Below, piece by piece: positions 21,563-36,244 of a stretch of DNA of 64,000 bases (positions are counted from its first letter, which is position 1; the number at the start of each line of letters is the position of its first letter). The notes below the pieces were generated by a model that searched no databases, was not told the DNA's origin, and saw only the letters and a list, made by a program, of their open reading frames with translations. This DNA comes from Nitrospinales bacterium (GTDB lineage Bacteria; Nitrospinota; Nitrospinia; Nitrospinales; VA-1), in NCBI GenBank assembly GCA_965262115.1, contig OZ253496.1, positions 640,001-704,000 on the forward strand. The letters are read 5' to 3'. Both the position numbers and the translations under genes were made by a program.

Positions 21563-22711
21563 ATGAATAAACTCTATGCGGTCTTTTTAATATTTTTAGG
21601 TTATTTTCTTCTCGTAACTTTTTCACCAAAAAATGTTGATAGTGCTTCAAAGCAATCTGCTGTTCCCACAAAGGTATCTGAAAATTCCGGGAAAACCGAG
21701 ACGGCTATTTTTGCAGGAGGTTGTTTCTGGTGCATGGAGCATCCTTATGAAGACCTGTCGGGAATTTCAAAGGTCATTTCCGGATATACCGGCGGAAAAA
21801 AGAAAAATCCCACCTACAAACAAGTCGCCTCAGGTTCCACTTCCCATGTTGAAGCCGTGGAGATCCATTACGATCCGGAAAAAATTTCCTACAATGATCT
21901 TTTAGAGATTTTCTGGAGAAATATCAATCCAACGGATGCAGGCGGACAATTTGTGGATCGAGGCAAACAATACACAACAGGGATTTTTTATACGAGCGAA
22001 CAGCAAAAACGAACTGCGGAACAATCAAAAAAAAGACTGGAGGATGGCAAACGATTCAGTAAAAAAATTATTACAAAAATTGTTCAGGCAGGACCGTTTT
22101 ACGCCGCAGAAGAATACCATCAGGATTTTTTCAAGAAAAATTATATCCGTTACAAAGTATACCGGGCCGGTTCGGGAAGAGATGAGTTTATAACCCGTGT
22201 CTGGGGGGAATACAAAGAATACAAAATTTCCAAAATGGGGTTTAATGAAAAAAAAGCTCCCCGATACGCCTTGATTGGCAGCAAAGCAGGGTCTAAAGCG
22301 AACTTGACTAAGATGCAATATAATGTCACCCAGAAAAACGGTACGGAGCCTCCATACAGAAACGAGTATTGGGACAATAAGCGAGCCGGAATTTATGTGG
22401 ATATCGTTTCTGGAGAACCCCTGTTCAGTTCTAAAGACAAATTCAAATCCGGCACGGGCTGGCCTTCTTTCACGCGCCCGCTGGTGCAGGAGAACATAGT
22501 TCGAGAAAAAGACGTCTCCTTCGGCATAGTTCGAATCGAGTTAAGTTCAAAATCTGCGGACTCGCATTTGGGACATTTATTTCATGATGGTCCCAAGCCG
22601 ACAGGATTACGGTATTGCATCAACTCGGCGTCCATGAGGTTTATTACGGTTGAGAAACTAAAAGAAGAAGGTTATGAGGAATTTTTGCCCTTATTCAGCA
22701 AGGGTATTTAA
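21563..22711 (+). CDS. msrAB: exported bifunctional methionine sulfoxide reductase A/B
   Basis: AGGCFWC, AEEYHQ, GTGWPSF, RYCINS. Confidence 0.95.
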   Translation: MNKLYAVFLIFLGYFLLVTFSPKNVDSASKQSAVPTKVSENSGKTETAIFAGGCFWCMEHPYEDLSGISKVISGYTGGKKKNPTYKQVASGSTSHVEAVEIHYDPEKISYNDLLEIFWRNINPTDAGGQFVDRGKQYTTGIFYTSEQQKRTAEQSKKRLEDGKRFSKKIITKIVQAGPFYAAEEYHQDFFKKNYIRYKVYRAGSGRDEFITRVWGEYKEYKISKMGFNEKKAPRYALIGSKAGSKANLTKMQYNVTQKNGTEPPYRNEYWDNKRAGIYVDIVSGEPLFSSKDKFKSGTGWPSFTRPLVQENIVREKDVSFGIVRIELSSKSADSHLGHLFHDGPKPTGLRYCINSASMRFITVEKLKEEGYEEFLPLFSKGI

Positions 22712-23029
22712 ATGACCGTAATGGATTGCAAAGCTTTGCTCTGGCACCTGTATATGGTGAGAGCCAACCATGGCCAGCTTTATACTGGAATCACCCAGGA
22801 TGTCACCCGGCGTTTCCTGGAACATCAGGAAGGCGGCAAAAAAGCGGCGAAGTATCTCCGGGGGAAAGGTCCGCTTAAACTGGTGTTTCAGCAAGAAATA
22901 GGGAGCCGGTCTTCTGCATTAAAAGCAGAAACCGCACTCAAAAAACTTCCCAAGCGGCAAAAAGAAAGCCTGGCAGAAAACTCAGGCAGGTTGATTCTTG
23001 ATAATCTAGAATCCATCCAGAAAAAATAA
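22712..23029 (+). CDS. GIY-YIG nuclease (YhbQ-like)
   Basis: WHLYMVR...LYTGITQDVTRRFLEH...AKYLRGKGP. Confidence 0.88.
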   Translation: MTVMDCKALLWHLYMVRANHGQLYTGITQDVTRRFLEHQEGGKKAAKYLRGKGPLKLVFQQEIGSRSSALKAETALKKLPKRQKESLAENSGRLILDNLESIQKK

Positions 23030-23036
23030 ATAAGAC

Positions 23037-23301
23037 TTACTGGATAAGTTTATTTTTGAATGCATAGTTCGTGATTTGCGCATTATTTTTCAAGGTGGTC
23101 TTTGCAAAAATGATCTGCCCCGTTTCGTCCAACACGCAAATGTTTGCGGGGATTAAATCCAGCAATTCTCGAAACTCTTTTGGTGCTATAGATGAGAATT
23201 TCAATTTACTCTGCGTTCCACTCGGTCAAAAAATAATAAACCAGTGTGATCGCAACAACGCCTGCCAAACCAACAGTTACAATACAACTCAAATTCATCA
23301 T
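23037..23301 (-). pseudogene. relic of a membrane-anchored PAS sensor
   Basis: GAGGGG RBS, TM-like start, then shifted frame ELLDLIPANICVLDETGQIIFA. Confidence 0.5.
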
Positions 23302-23465
23302 AGTCCCCTCTCAGAAAACCTATTCACCATGTTTATATTTTATTAAATTCTATACCAAAAATGAAAATTTCGCTCATAACGGCTGAAGTATTTTATTAGA
23401 AAACTGGATAACTAGGTTGAGAGGGCCTATATTTCTAGTGAGCAAATGCCTTATATCCGGTTATT

Positions 23466-24332
23466 ATGAAACTACTATACACATTTGCCAAGCGTTTCAT
23501 TGCAGGGCCCGACCTCAAAACAGCTTTACCCGCCATCCACCGTATTCAAGAATCCGGTTATTTTTCATCCATTGATGTTCTGGGAGAAAGTGTTGCCACC
23601 CGACCGCAAGCAGAAGCCGCAAAAATTGAATATCTAAAACTATTTGAGTCGCTCAATAGCATTAACCATTGCTTCGACTTTTCTGTGAAACTTTCACAGT
23701 TAGGCTTGGATATTAACAAAGAATTATGCACAGAAAACCTAGAACAATTGGCACGGGCAATGGGCAATCACACAATCCGGTTGGATATGGAAGATTCCAC
23801 CCACACCCAGGACACCCTGGAAATTTGTGAAGAAGTACACAGAACCTGTCCTCATCTAGGCCAGGCCATTCAGGCTTACCTGTTCCGCTCTGAAAATGAT
23901 GTGCGCCATTGCATTGAAAATAGAATCTCCATAAGGCTTTGCAAAGGTGCTTATAAAGAACCTCTGGATGTTGCTTTGCAATCCATGGATAAAATCAGGG
24001 CAAACTTTTTCAAACTCGCCTGCCAACTATTGAAAGAAGGATATCAGCCCGCACTCGCAACCCATGACGAAAACCTGCTAGTGGAACTTCTGGATTTCAT
24101 ATGCCAGGAAAAGATTAATCCAGAATCCTTTTACTTCGAAATGCTGTATGGAGTCCGACGGGATCTGCAGAAAATACTCAAAGATAAAGGATATCGGGTA
24201 AGAATCTATATCCCCTACGGAAAAGCCTGGCTACCTTATACCCTCCGCCGACTGGCCGAAAAAAAAGAAAACTTACAGTTTGTAATCACTCATCTGTTTA
24301 GAGAAACTTTTGGCCTGAGAAAACTGCACTAA
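23466..24332 (+). CDS. monofunctional proline dehydrogenase
   Basis: SVKLSQLG, LDMED, RLCKGAY, ATHD, RIYIPYG, RRLAE. Confidence 0.92.
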   Translation: MKLLYTFAKRFIAGPDLKTALPAIHRIQESGYFSSIDVLGESVATRPQAEAAKIEYLKLFESLNSINHCFDFSVKLSQLGLDINKELCTENLEQLARAMGNHTIRLDMEDSTHTQDTLEICEEVHRTCPHLGQAIQAYLFRSENDVRHCIENRISIRLCKGAYKEPLDVALQSMDKIRANFFKLACQLLKEGYQPALATHDENLLVELLDFICQEKINPESFYFEMLYGVRRDLQKILKDKGYRVRIYIPYGKAWLPYTLRRLAEKKENLQFVITHLFRETFGLRKLH

Positions 24333-24691
24333 GCCATGTCGCAAACTTCCGGACCAAAAGGGTTAAGCCCGTAAGCGGTCCACATAGCGAATCGTTTCTT
24401 GAGAATATTTTCCGGTGACTTGTGGAAACAACAACATTCCACCACAGCCCCAGCTATGCTCCCAATTTTTCGCTGGAAACATCCATCATTTGCCTGGCAG
24501 ATATTCTGGCAAACAGTATGCGACCGGGGTGTAGTGGGGAAACTAACATACCGTCCGTTTTGGACGAGTAAGCATGGGATAGAATCCAACTTCCTGAGCG
24601 AATAAAGCTCTCTGATTTAAGAAAAAAAATTCAAAAAGCCTACGATGAAATAGTCAATCTATATCTTCAGGAAGCTTGATTGTTATTAGAT

Positions 24692-25576
24692 TCAATCTAA
24701 TCCCACGGCCCGGGCCTGCTGGTCTGCCAGGTAGGAACTCCGCACAAGAGGCCCTGCTTCCACATGATTCAGGCCTAATGATTCGCCAATCTCCTTATAT
24801 TCTGCAAAACGGTCGGGGTGAATGAACTCGACGACTTCCATATGAGTTGGGGAAGGCCGAAGATATTGTCCGATTGATAGAATTTGGCAGCCTGCCTCTA
24901 CAAGATCCTGCATTGCTTGAATCACTTCTTCTCTTTTTTCTCCCAGACCCAGCATAAGTCCGCTTTTTGCTATAACCCCTTTGGTTTCTGCTGCTATTTT
25001 CAAGGTTTTCAGGGACCATTCGTAGCGACATTGAGGACGCGCATGCCTTTGTAAAGATTCGACCGTTTCAAGATTGTGGGCCAGCACATCAGGACGGGCT
25101 TCGCATACCTGGCGGATGAGATTTGTTTTTCCCTGAAAATCTGGAATCAACGCCTCAATTTTTATCCCCGGGCACTGACTTCTAATTGCCACGATGGTTT
25201 TAACCCACTGCCCTGCCCCACCATCCGGCAAATCATCGCGATCGACCGAAGTTATGACGGCATATTTCAAATCCAGTTGTGAGAGCGACAGAGCAACCTT
25301 ATCAGGCTCATCAGGGTCAGGATGATTCAGGTGCCCTGTGGGGACATCGCAAAAGCGACAGGCCCGGGTACAAGTATCTCCCAAAATCATGAAGGTCAGG
25401 GTACCCGCATCCCAGCAGGTGCCTATATTAGGGCACGATGCTGATTCGCAAACCGTGTTCAATCCATTTTTTTTTAAGAGGGATTTTAAATGAAAAAATT
25501 TACGCGTTCCAGGAAGCCGGGTCTTCAACCAGTGAGGTAACCTTTTATGCTGATATTTTGTGGCTGGGTTGCTCAT
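24692..25576 (-). CDS. lipA: lipoyl synthase
   Basis: CESASCPNIGTC, CTRACRFC, VRSSY. Confidence 0.97.
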   Translation of the reverse strand: MSNPATKYQHKRLPHWLKTRLPGTRKFFHLKSLLKKNGLNTVCESASCPNIGTCWDAGTLTFMILGDTCTRACRFCDVPTGHLNHPDPDEPDKVALSLSQLDLKYAVITSVDRDDLPDGGAGQWVKTIVAIRSQCPGIKIEALIPDFQGKTNLIRQVCEARPDVLAHNLETVESLQRHARPQCRYEWSLKTLKIAAETKGVIAKSGLMLGLGEKREEVIQAMQDLVEAGCQILSIGQYLRPSPTHMEVVEFIHPDRFAEYKEIGESLGLNHVEAGPLVRSSYLADQQARAVGLD

Positions 25577-25704
25577 TAAAATTAAAAGGGTGCGGCGTAA
25601 TCCAGAAGTCGGGATGTAGTATAATGTGAGGGCTTATAAAAAGAAACCCTTCGTTTCTTTATCCATAACTCCAGCCAGTTCTCAAAGTATTCAAAAGCAA
25701 CTCC

Positions 25705-26994
25705 ATGTTTTTCAAGACCATTGACAGATATATATTCAGAGAATTATTAAAGATGTTTCTGATCAGTATCTTCGCCATGACAATGATCCTCTATCTGGAC
25801 AAATTCTTGTTCATGGCTGAAATGATCGTCAATCGCGGCGTTTCTTTCATGGAAATGGTGATGATGATGGTCTATATATCTCCTGCTTTTCTTGCCATCA
25901 CTATTCCCATGGCAGTCCTCATGGCATCTGTAGTCACATTCAACCAATTTTCAGTCCATAATGAATGGGTAGCCATGAAGTCCTGCAGCTGGAGTTTTAT
26001 GGAATTGATGAGACCCGTTCTATTTTTTTCATTGTTCGCATATTTTCTGGCCAATATCGTGATGTTCTGGGCTCTCCCCTGGGGTAACCAATCCTACAAA
26101 GTCCTGATGTATGACATCATTAGGAACCGGGCTAATATAGACATCCAACCTAACGTCTTTAACCGGGACTTTAAAAACCTGATTCTTCTGGTTAAAGAGC
26201 GCCATCAAAATTCACAACTTAAAGGTGTGTTCATCGCCGATACCAGCAATGCTGAAGCTCCGCAAATTATCACCTCTGAACGGGGGGTCATATTTCCCGA
26301 TCCGAAAACCCTGAAAATTCAACTCAAACTCAACAATGGAACCATCCATGAATTGAGCAATGAAAGAGGCGACTACCAGACTTTGAATTTTGACCGTTAT
26401 GATATCAACCTCAGCCTCCCGGATACAGAAAGACTGGAGCAAAAAGCCCTTGTCGGGAACAGGGAACTATCGTTCTCAAAAATCAAAGAAAAAATTAGGG
26501 ACATGAAAAAAAAGGGACTCCCCACCTCCGGTCCAGAGGTGGAAGTGAGTAAAAAATTCTCCATTCCTTTCACCTGTCTACTTTTTGCGTTCCTTGGAGC
26601 CCCGCTCGGTATCAAATCAAGCCGTTCAGGAAAATCAGGTAGTTTTGGCATCACCGTGGCTGTTATCATGGTTTACTATGTAGGACTCATTGTGACCCAG
26701 AACCTGGGAAGAGTTGGCGAAATCCACGCCTACACCTCTGTATGGATACCCAATATTATCCTGATTTGTGTGGTTATTTATGTGCTCTACAAAATGCAAA
26801 AGGATTTGCCCTTTAAATTCATGGAGAGCTTCATCGGTTTTCTGATAACAATTGTTGAATTCTTCAAAAATTTGTTTGGCAAAAACAATAAAGGGCCTAT
26901 CAGAAAAATTAAGGGCACCCGGAAACCCGCCCGTCCATCTCTGGAGGGAATAGACCGACTACGCAAAGTATCTAATCCAAAGAAGCAGGACTGA
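25705..26994 (+). CDS. lptF: LPS export permease LptF/LptG family
   Basis: TIDRYIFRE, KKFSIPF, WIPNII. Confidence 0.8.
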   Translation: MFFKTIDRYIFRELLKMFLISIFAMTMILYLDKFLFMAEMIVNRGVSFMEMVMMMVYISPAFLAITIPMAVLMASVVTFNQFSVHNEWVAMKSCSWSFMELMRPVLFFSLFAYFLANIVMFWALPWGNQSYKVLMYDIIRNRANIDIQPNVFNRDFKNLILLVKERHQNSQLKGVFIADTSNAEAPQIITSERGVIFPDPKTLKIQLKLNNGTIHELSNERGDYQTLNFDRYDINLSLPDTERLEQKALVGNRELSFSKIKEKIRDMKKKGLPTSGPEVEVSKKFSIPFTCLLFAFLGAPLGIKSSRSGKSGSFGITVAVIMVYYVGLIVTQNLGRVGEIHAYTSVWIPNIILICVVIYVLYKMQKDLPFKFMESFIGFLITIVEFFKNLFGKNNKGPIRKIKGTRKPARPSLEGIDRLRKVSNPKKQD

Positions 26995-27017
26995 ATTTTA
27001 CTGGAACGGAGAATCAA

Positions 27018-27463
27018 ATGAAAACGGCACGCGATATCATGACCCAGGATGTGGTGACAGTGACAAAGGATCAGCCCATCAGTGACCTTTCCAAGCTATT
27101 TATCGAAAACCATTTTAATGGTGTGCCCGTTCTTGATGATGCGGGGAAAGTTATCGGTGTAGTCACCCAGGGAGACTTGATTGAGCAGAATAAAAACCTG
27201 CACATCCCCACCGTCATAGCTCTGTTTGATGCCGTCCTGTTTCTGGAGAGTGAAAAAAGTTTGAGTCCGATGTAAAAAAACTGACCGGCTCCAAAATTGA
27301 AGACATTTACCGCAAAAACCCTGTCACCGTTTCCCCCGAAACAGACCTCAGCGAAATCACCACATTGATGGCCGAGAAAGATGTCCACACCCTCCCCGTT
27401 CTGGATAACGATAAATTGGTTGGTATCATAGGCAAGAAGGATGTCATCCGCGCCATGGCTTAA
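27018..27463 (+). pseudogene. CBS-pair protein, frameshifted
   Basis: frame break at the A-run near 27253-27258; second CBS (PVTVSPETDL...LPVLD..KLVGIIG) continues to TAA 27463. Confidence 0.8.
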
Positions 27464-27742
27464 ACCTCTTCCCACCTTTAGAAAAATATATTTCCCACCC
27501 TTTTAAACTCTTTGATTGCTAAATTCTTCAAACACGAATTACCCCAAAGGATATTGCAAGTCCGATTCTTACACTTGATTTATTTGGTAGGCCAACATAG
27601 CATTCATTTAATTGAGCACTGGGGGTAAGCGACGCACCGAAATCTATTTCAATATAAAACAAGGGTCATGACCCTAAAACAATTAACGCTGCGAACAAAT
27701 GCAAGCACATTAAACAATAAATTTAGTTTCTGGAGGCCTTAA

Positions 27743-31102
<3,360 letters not shown>

Positions 31103-31380
31103 GAACCAACCCTCTCCTTAAGCTCATCACAAGAACTTTCAAATCACACAAATTGGAATTTTTATCATCCCAGGAAACGATAACAATACTTGAAAAAAAA
31201 CAGGGCTCTAACTAGAAGAAACGGGAACTCAAATGATCGGAAAGGCTTCAGGTCAGGCAGTCAGGTTATTGATAACAGAAAAAAACCGCCCAGCCTTTGT
31301 GAAAAGAAAATAACCCAAAACTCAACCGGCTTCAACCGCTAAGTGGAGAGGAAAAGCTAATTGGTTTGTAAGACGACTGG

Positions 31381-32364
31381 TTACTGAATCTGGTTCAATT
31401 GGGCAAGAATTTTTCCACGCACTTCAGAGGGAGGATTCTTCTTCAAGGCACCATCCAGAACTTCAACCGCACGACTGGTTTCACCATTTTTAGAATAGGT
31501 CAGACCCAACATATATCGGGAGTCATGCGCCTTGTTTCCTCTAGGGTATTCGTTTAAAACTATCTCAAACTGGAAAATCGCATCATCATACATCTCCAGA
31601 GCCACGTAATTGGCACCAATCCAGAAGGCAATATTATCCCTGAGTTTATTTGGCGGGTTGCTCAGAGCCAGGTTCTGGAACAGCAAAATGGACTCGTCAT
31701 AATCTCTGCTTCGATAAGCGTTCAAAGCTTTATCATATTCCGGGGGAGTCTTGTCCGGTACCCTACGCATGCGCTTTTTGCGGACGGGTGCCTGATCTCT
31801 TTGCATTTTAATTCGGGTAATCTCTTCATTGAGACGAGCCATCTGCGCCTTCAAATCCTCAACTTCCAGTTCCAGAAAATCAGAAGAACCTGTAACCGAA
31901 GAGACGCTACCCTCCAGCCTTTCGCTGGCGGCATTGATCTTGGGTTCCAGCGTACTCAAAACCTCTTCCAGTTCCCGAACCTTGCTGATCAAGGCCTCCT
32001 GCTGGCTTTGCAGGCTTTCTACATCGTCTTTCAATTCATTTCTATCCGTGCGCTGGTCGACACTGGCAAAACCTTCCGGGTCGCCTTCAATAAAACCGTC
32101 CTCGCCTGCGTCTATATCCGAGAATCCGCTATCCTCAGCAAAAAAATCATCCTCATAGGAACCCGCTCTTTCACCCCTTCTTCCGCGATCCACGGTTCTT
32201 TCATCTTCAAAAGGAAAATCTTCCTCAAAAGCCAAGTCATCTTCATCATCCTCACCCATCCAGGGAAGATAACTGCAACCAGCAAAAGTGAACGAAAAGA
32301 AAAGCACTAAAATTAAGATGAGACGGGTAAAAATGTTGGCGGGCAGCATAACTGACTCCATCAA
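31381..32364 (-). CDS. lipoprotein with coiled coil and TPR (CpoB/YbgF-like)
   Basis: FAGC lipobox, acidic linker, coiled coil, C-terminal TPRs. Confidence 0.75.
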   Translation of the reverse strand: MMESVMLPANIFTRLILILVLFFSFTFAGCSYLPWMGEDDEDDLAFEEDFPFEDERTVDRGRRGERAGSYEDDFFAEDSGFSDIDAGEDGFIEGDPEGFASVDQRTDRNELKDDVESLQSQQEALISKVRELEEVLSTLEPKINAASERLEGSVSSVTGSSDFLELEVEDLKAQMARLNEEITRIKMQRDQAPVRKKRMRRVPDKTPPEYDKALNAYRSRDYDESILLFQNLALSNPPNKLRDNIAFWIGANYVALEMYDDAIFQFEIVLNEYPRGNKAHDSRYMLGLTYSKNGETSRAVEVLDGALKKNPPSEVRGKILAQLNQIQ

Positions 32365-32401
32365 ATTCCAAAAAGGGTATCTACCCCTTAATAATCAATG
32401 A

Positions 32402-32430
32402 ATTATATGAGGTTGACCCGATAATGTCAA
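32402..32430 (-). promoter_or_regulatory. consensus sigma70 promoter with overlapping palindrome
   Basis: TTGACA-17-TATAAT on the minus strand; 11-bp IR at 32407-32417/32426-32436. Confidence 0.8.
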
Positions 32431-32483
32431 CCTCATTATAAATGGTTTGCTCTGCTAAATATATTTAATATTGGGTCATGACC

Positions 32484-33653
32484 CTAAGTTTTTATTGTTC
32501 TTTCAGCATGTGTTCCAGTCCTGTTCACTGACACAGCTTCAGCTAAAATCTTTGTGGCTTTTTCAATTTCTGCCATGGTATTGCTCCAGCCCAAGCTGAA
32601 ACGAATGGATGAATTGATTTTATCAATGGGAATACCCATTGCTGTCAGCACGGGGGAAGGAAGCCCAGACCCCGAACTGCAGGCCGATCCCGTAGAAACA
32701 GCAACTCCTGCCATATCCAGGCCAATCAGCAAGGTATCGCCTTCGACCCCTTCAAACCCAAGGTTTAAAGTGTTAGGAAGCCTGTTCTCCAAATCACCAA
32801 AAATTTCAATCCCTGCAATCAGGTTGGATGCCATTTGCAGAAATTGATCGCGCAGGGAGGAAAGGTTTGAGAATTTCCGGGAAGACAAACGTGCCAGCTC
32901 ACAAGCCTTGCCAAAACCTGCTATTCCCGCCACGTTCTCCGTCCCCCCTCTTCTTTTTTTCTCCTGGCTTCCCCCGCACACAGGTGAAAACAAATCCGGG
33001 CTCCACTTCCTCAAATAGAGTGCGCCGACACCCTTGGGGCCATTCAGCTTATGCGCTGAAATAGATAACATGTCTACAGGCAAATCTTGCACCCGAAGCG
33101 GAATTTTGCCTACACTTTGTACCGCATCGGTGTGAAACAAGACCCCCTTTTTCCTGGCTATTTCCCCAGCCCTTTCAATATCCTGCAAAACACCCGTCTC
33201 ACTGTTGGCGTGTTGCAAGGAAACCAACAGAGTCGTTTCTTCCAGGCAATTTTCCAATTCTTCAAAGTCAATGCGACCCAACTCATCGACCTTCAATCGG
33301 TCTACCCTGAAACCCAGGCTTTCCAATTGTCGGCATGGGTTTAAAACGGAAGGGTGTTCCACCTGACTGGTAACAATATGACCACCGGTTTTACCCAATC
33401 CCAGAGCCACTCCCAAGAGGGCGAAGTTATTCGCCTCGGTTCCTCCACTTGTAAAAACGATTTCCGAAGGAGAAACACCAAGGAGAGAAGCCACCTGTTC
33501 CCGGGCTTCATCAATAAGAACCCGGGCCGACCTGCCGATAGAGTGCACACTGGAAGGATTGCCCATCTGGTCTCGCAAAACAGAGGTGACGACATCCAGC
33601 ACTTCCGGAGCCACCGGCGTGGTGGCATTATGATCCAGATAAATTTTATCCAT
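32484..33653 (-). CDS. iscS: cysteine desulfurase (IscS/NifS)
   Basis: IYLDHNATT, SAHKLNGPKG, STGSACSSG. Confidence 0.92.
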   Translation of the reverse strand: MDKIYLDHNATTPVAPEVLDVVTSVLRDQMGNPSSVHSIGRSARVLIDEAREQVASLLGVSPSEIVFTSGGTEANNFALLGVALGLGKTGGHIVTSQVEHPSVLNPCRQLESLGFRVDRLKVDELGRIDFEELENCLEETTLLVSLQHANSETGVLQDIERAGEIARKKGVLFHTDAVQSVGKIPLRVQDLPVDMLSISAHKLNGPKGVGALYLRKWSPDLFSPVCGGSQEKKRRGGTENVAGIAGFGKACELARLSSRKFSNLSSLRDQFLQMASNLIAGIEIFGDLENRLPNTLNLGFEGVEGDTLLIGLDMAGVAVSTGSACSSGSGLPSPVLTAMGIPIDKINSSIRFSLGWSNTMAEIEKATKILAEAVSVNRTGTHAERTIKT

Positions 33654-33744
33654 CAACTTACCCAAAATGCAAAAATCAGATTAAACAAAATGTGTGGGTT
33701 TTAACAGGAAACGGCAAACGCTTTGTCATGCAAATCCTCTGCAA

Positions 33745-34458
33745 TCAGGATTCGGACTGGCGCCGTTTGATATCGGAAGAATCTGTGCCAACATGGAGGT
33801 CTATCCCTTCTTTCTTCAGAACTGCCTTTAAGTGACGGATTTCTTTTTCCATTTGCGGCAACCTGTAGAGCATGCATTCGATGGTCCGCGCCACAGGATC
33901 TGGGAAAGATTCCAGACCATCATCATCTTCCATATCCGAAGAGATGCCCGAAAAAACCACCCTTCCAGGAACTCCGATAACCGTAGAATACTCGGGGACA
34001 TCCTGAAGAACCACCGATCCGGAACCAATTTTCGTATTACGACCAACGTGGACCGGGCCTAAAACCTGCGCCCCGGCACCGATAACGACATTTTCAGCGA
34101 TGGTGGGATGGCGTTTGGCCTTCTTGGTAGCAAGGCCTCCCAATGTCACCCCGTGGTAAATGAATACATTATCCCCCACCTCCGACGTTTCCCCAATCAC
34201 CACGCCCATGCCATGATCGATAAAAAATCGATGGCCAATTTTCGCGGCCGGATGAATTTCTATACCCGTTATCCATCGGGAAAACTGCGACAAGGACCTG
34301 GCCAGGAAATTAAACCCCATACCCCATAATGCATGAGTCAGCCGATAGCTTATCAGGGCATGCACACCGGGATACAAAAGTAATACCTCGAAAAAATTCC
34401 TCGCGGCAGGATCTTTTTCCATGGCAACCCGGACATCTTCTGTAATTTGACGGAACAT
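33745..34458 (-). CDS. cysE: serine O-acetyltransferase
   Basis: [27 protein letters not shown]. Confidence 0.96.
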   Translation of the reverse strand: MFRQITEDVRVAMEKDPAARNFFEVLLLYPGVHALISYRLTHALWGMGFNFLARSLSQFSRWITGIEIHPAAKIGHRFFIDHGMGVVIGETSEVGDNVFIYHGVTLGGLATKKAKRHPTIAENVVIGAGAQVLGPVHVGRNTKIGSGSVVLQDVPEYSTVIGVPGRVVFSGISSDMEDDDGLESFPDPVARTIECMLYRLPQMEKEIRHLKAVLKKEGIDLHVGTDSSDIKRRQSES

Positions 34459-34550
34459 AGTTAGGATGTAAACTATTGTTTATTTTTATATTATATCCCA
34501 CCCAGGGCCAGACGAAAAGCCCCAATTAGCTTCAGAGGGCATGTCTAGGC

Positions 34551-35115
34551 CTATTTAAACATGAGGGACACCAATTGAGCACGGGCATGAACCCGGAACT
34601 TGGAATATATCCTTTTAATATAGTCCTTGACGGTATGATGACTCAATCCTAACCTCTTGGCAATTTCCTTGTCGCTCAACCCATCACAAATCAGGCGGGC
34701 AACATCAGCTTCCCGGCTTGTCAACCCTGCCTCCTGCATTAAATATTTCACCTGCTCTTCGAGTTTGCCTTGAGCATCTACCTCCCCCAAATCTGATCGA
34801 TCCCTTGCCGAGTCCTGAGCTTTAAAAATTTTTAAATTATCCCTGGCTCGATCGGAAAGCGTTTTCATGATGGCCATTAAGGCATCTGGACTCGAAGACA
34901 ATTGGGCATGAAACTGTTCCTGCGTTATTTCCAGCAACTGGGTGGGCAATGCGGACATGACGGTAGCAGAACGGGGTTTGGAGCCAATCAGTGACATCTC
35001 TCCCAGATAATCACCTTCTTTTCTGCATACAATCTCTACCCCACTTTTAGAGACGATCAATTCTCCGGAAAGTATGACGTACATGGAACTGCCCTCTTCC
35101 CCATCTTTGAATAAG
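34551..35115 (-). pseudogene. cNMP-binding + LuxR HTH regulator, likely 5'-truncated
   Basis: LFKDGEEGSSMYVILSG...GEMSL..KPRSATV; LTSREADV...GLSDKEIA. Confidence 0.7.
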
Positions 35116-35360
35116 TGATCTTTCTCGGTAAAAAGGGAGACATCGAAGAATCTATTAAAAAGGTGTTACCTTTTTTTAACCCGGGTTTAACAAGTTATCA
35201 GAATCGGGAGTGGGCTGAAGCCAAAAAGTATTTTAAAAATGTATTGATGTCCCGACCAGAAGATGGTCCCTCAAAAGTCTACTTGGAGCGATGCGAAAAA
35301 TTTATCCAAGCGCCCCCTCCGGAAGATTGGGACGGCGTCTTTAATCTCAGCACAAAATAA
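35115..35360 (+). pseudogene. C-terminal fragment typical of class III adenylate cyclases
   Basis: Y..REW.EA..YF...PEDGPSKVYLERC...PPEDWDGVF. Confidence 0.7.
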
Positions 35361-35385
35361 GTCTTTTCCAAGATAACAACAGGGC

Positions 35386-36174
35386 TCAAGATTCGGAGGA
35401 TTCGGAATCCATAGACTGGTGGTATTCTTCCAGAATGGCGTCTTGGGTTTGCTGGTCTGCGGACTTGTAAATTCGAATGGTTTCAAAGTGGCGGGTCTGT
35501 TGAACGCGCAATAATTTAAGACGCATTAATTCCAAAATAGCAAGAAACGTCACGACAACCTCCTGTTTGCTGTTTAAAACTGTAAACAAGGATTCAAACG
35601 TAACGCTTTCTGAAGCATTAAGAATTTCCATGATGCGCTGAATCCGATCGGTGACCGACATTTCGGTGATTTCAATTTCGTAATCCTTTTCAAACGATTT
35701 CGTATCCAGGATTTTCTGGTAGGCCTTGAGCAAATCGAAAACCGATGCATCCACCAATTCTTTCCCTTCAGAGCTTTCCTCAATTTCAATCTGTCCACCC
35801 CGCGCAAAAACCTGTTGCCGGTCGTGCTCCTTCAATCTCAGCTCAAACGCCGCATCCCGATAGCGCTGGTACTCCCGCAGCCTGCGCATCAGTTCCGCGC
35901 GCGGGTCTTCCCCGGCTCCCGCATCAAATTCCTCATCGGTTTCAGGAACAGGCAGTAAAATTTTTGACTTGATCCGCGTCAACTCAGCAGCCATGACCAA
36001 ATACTCCCCGACCAGTTCAAGGTTCAACTCCTGCAGCATTTCCAGATACTCCATATACTGGCGTGTAATTTGGGCGATGGGGATATCATAGATATCCATC
36101 TTTTGTTCTTTAATAAGATGGAGAAGCAGGTCTAAAGGGCCTTCAAAAATATCCAGCTTGCATTGATAGGTCAT
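35386..36174 (-). CDS. scpA: segregation and condensation protein A
   Basis: FEGPLDLLLHLI, TFLAILEL. Confidence 0.95.
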   Translation of the reverse strand: MTYQCKLDIFEGPLDLLLHLIKEQKMDIYDIPIAQITRQYMEYLEMLQELNLELVGEYLVMAAELTRIKSKILLPVPETDEEFDAGAGEDPRAELMRRLREYQRYRDAAFELRLKEHDRQQVFARGGQIEIEESSEGKELVDASVFDLLKAYQKILDTKSFEKDYEIEITEMSVTDRIQRIMEILNASESVTFESLFTVLNSKQEVVVTFLAILELMRLKLLRVQQTRHFETIRIYKSADQQTQDAILEEYHQSMDSESSES

Positions 36175-36244
36175 GGTCGGATCATCGATTCAAGGTTTCC
36201 AATACGAACAATAATAACCAGGTTTTTACTATAGAGTATGTTTT

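Noticed and set aside
22712..23029. GIY-YIG gene as mobiliser of the GTCATT repeats
   Set aside because: No such repeats flank it; it looks like an ordinary YhbQ-type gene.
24336..24679. Possible broken hypothetical gene after proline dehydrogenase (TAA at 24372)
   Set aside because: No recognisable family, so it cannot be supported without a homology search.
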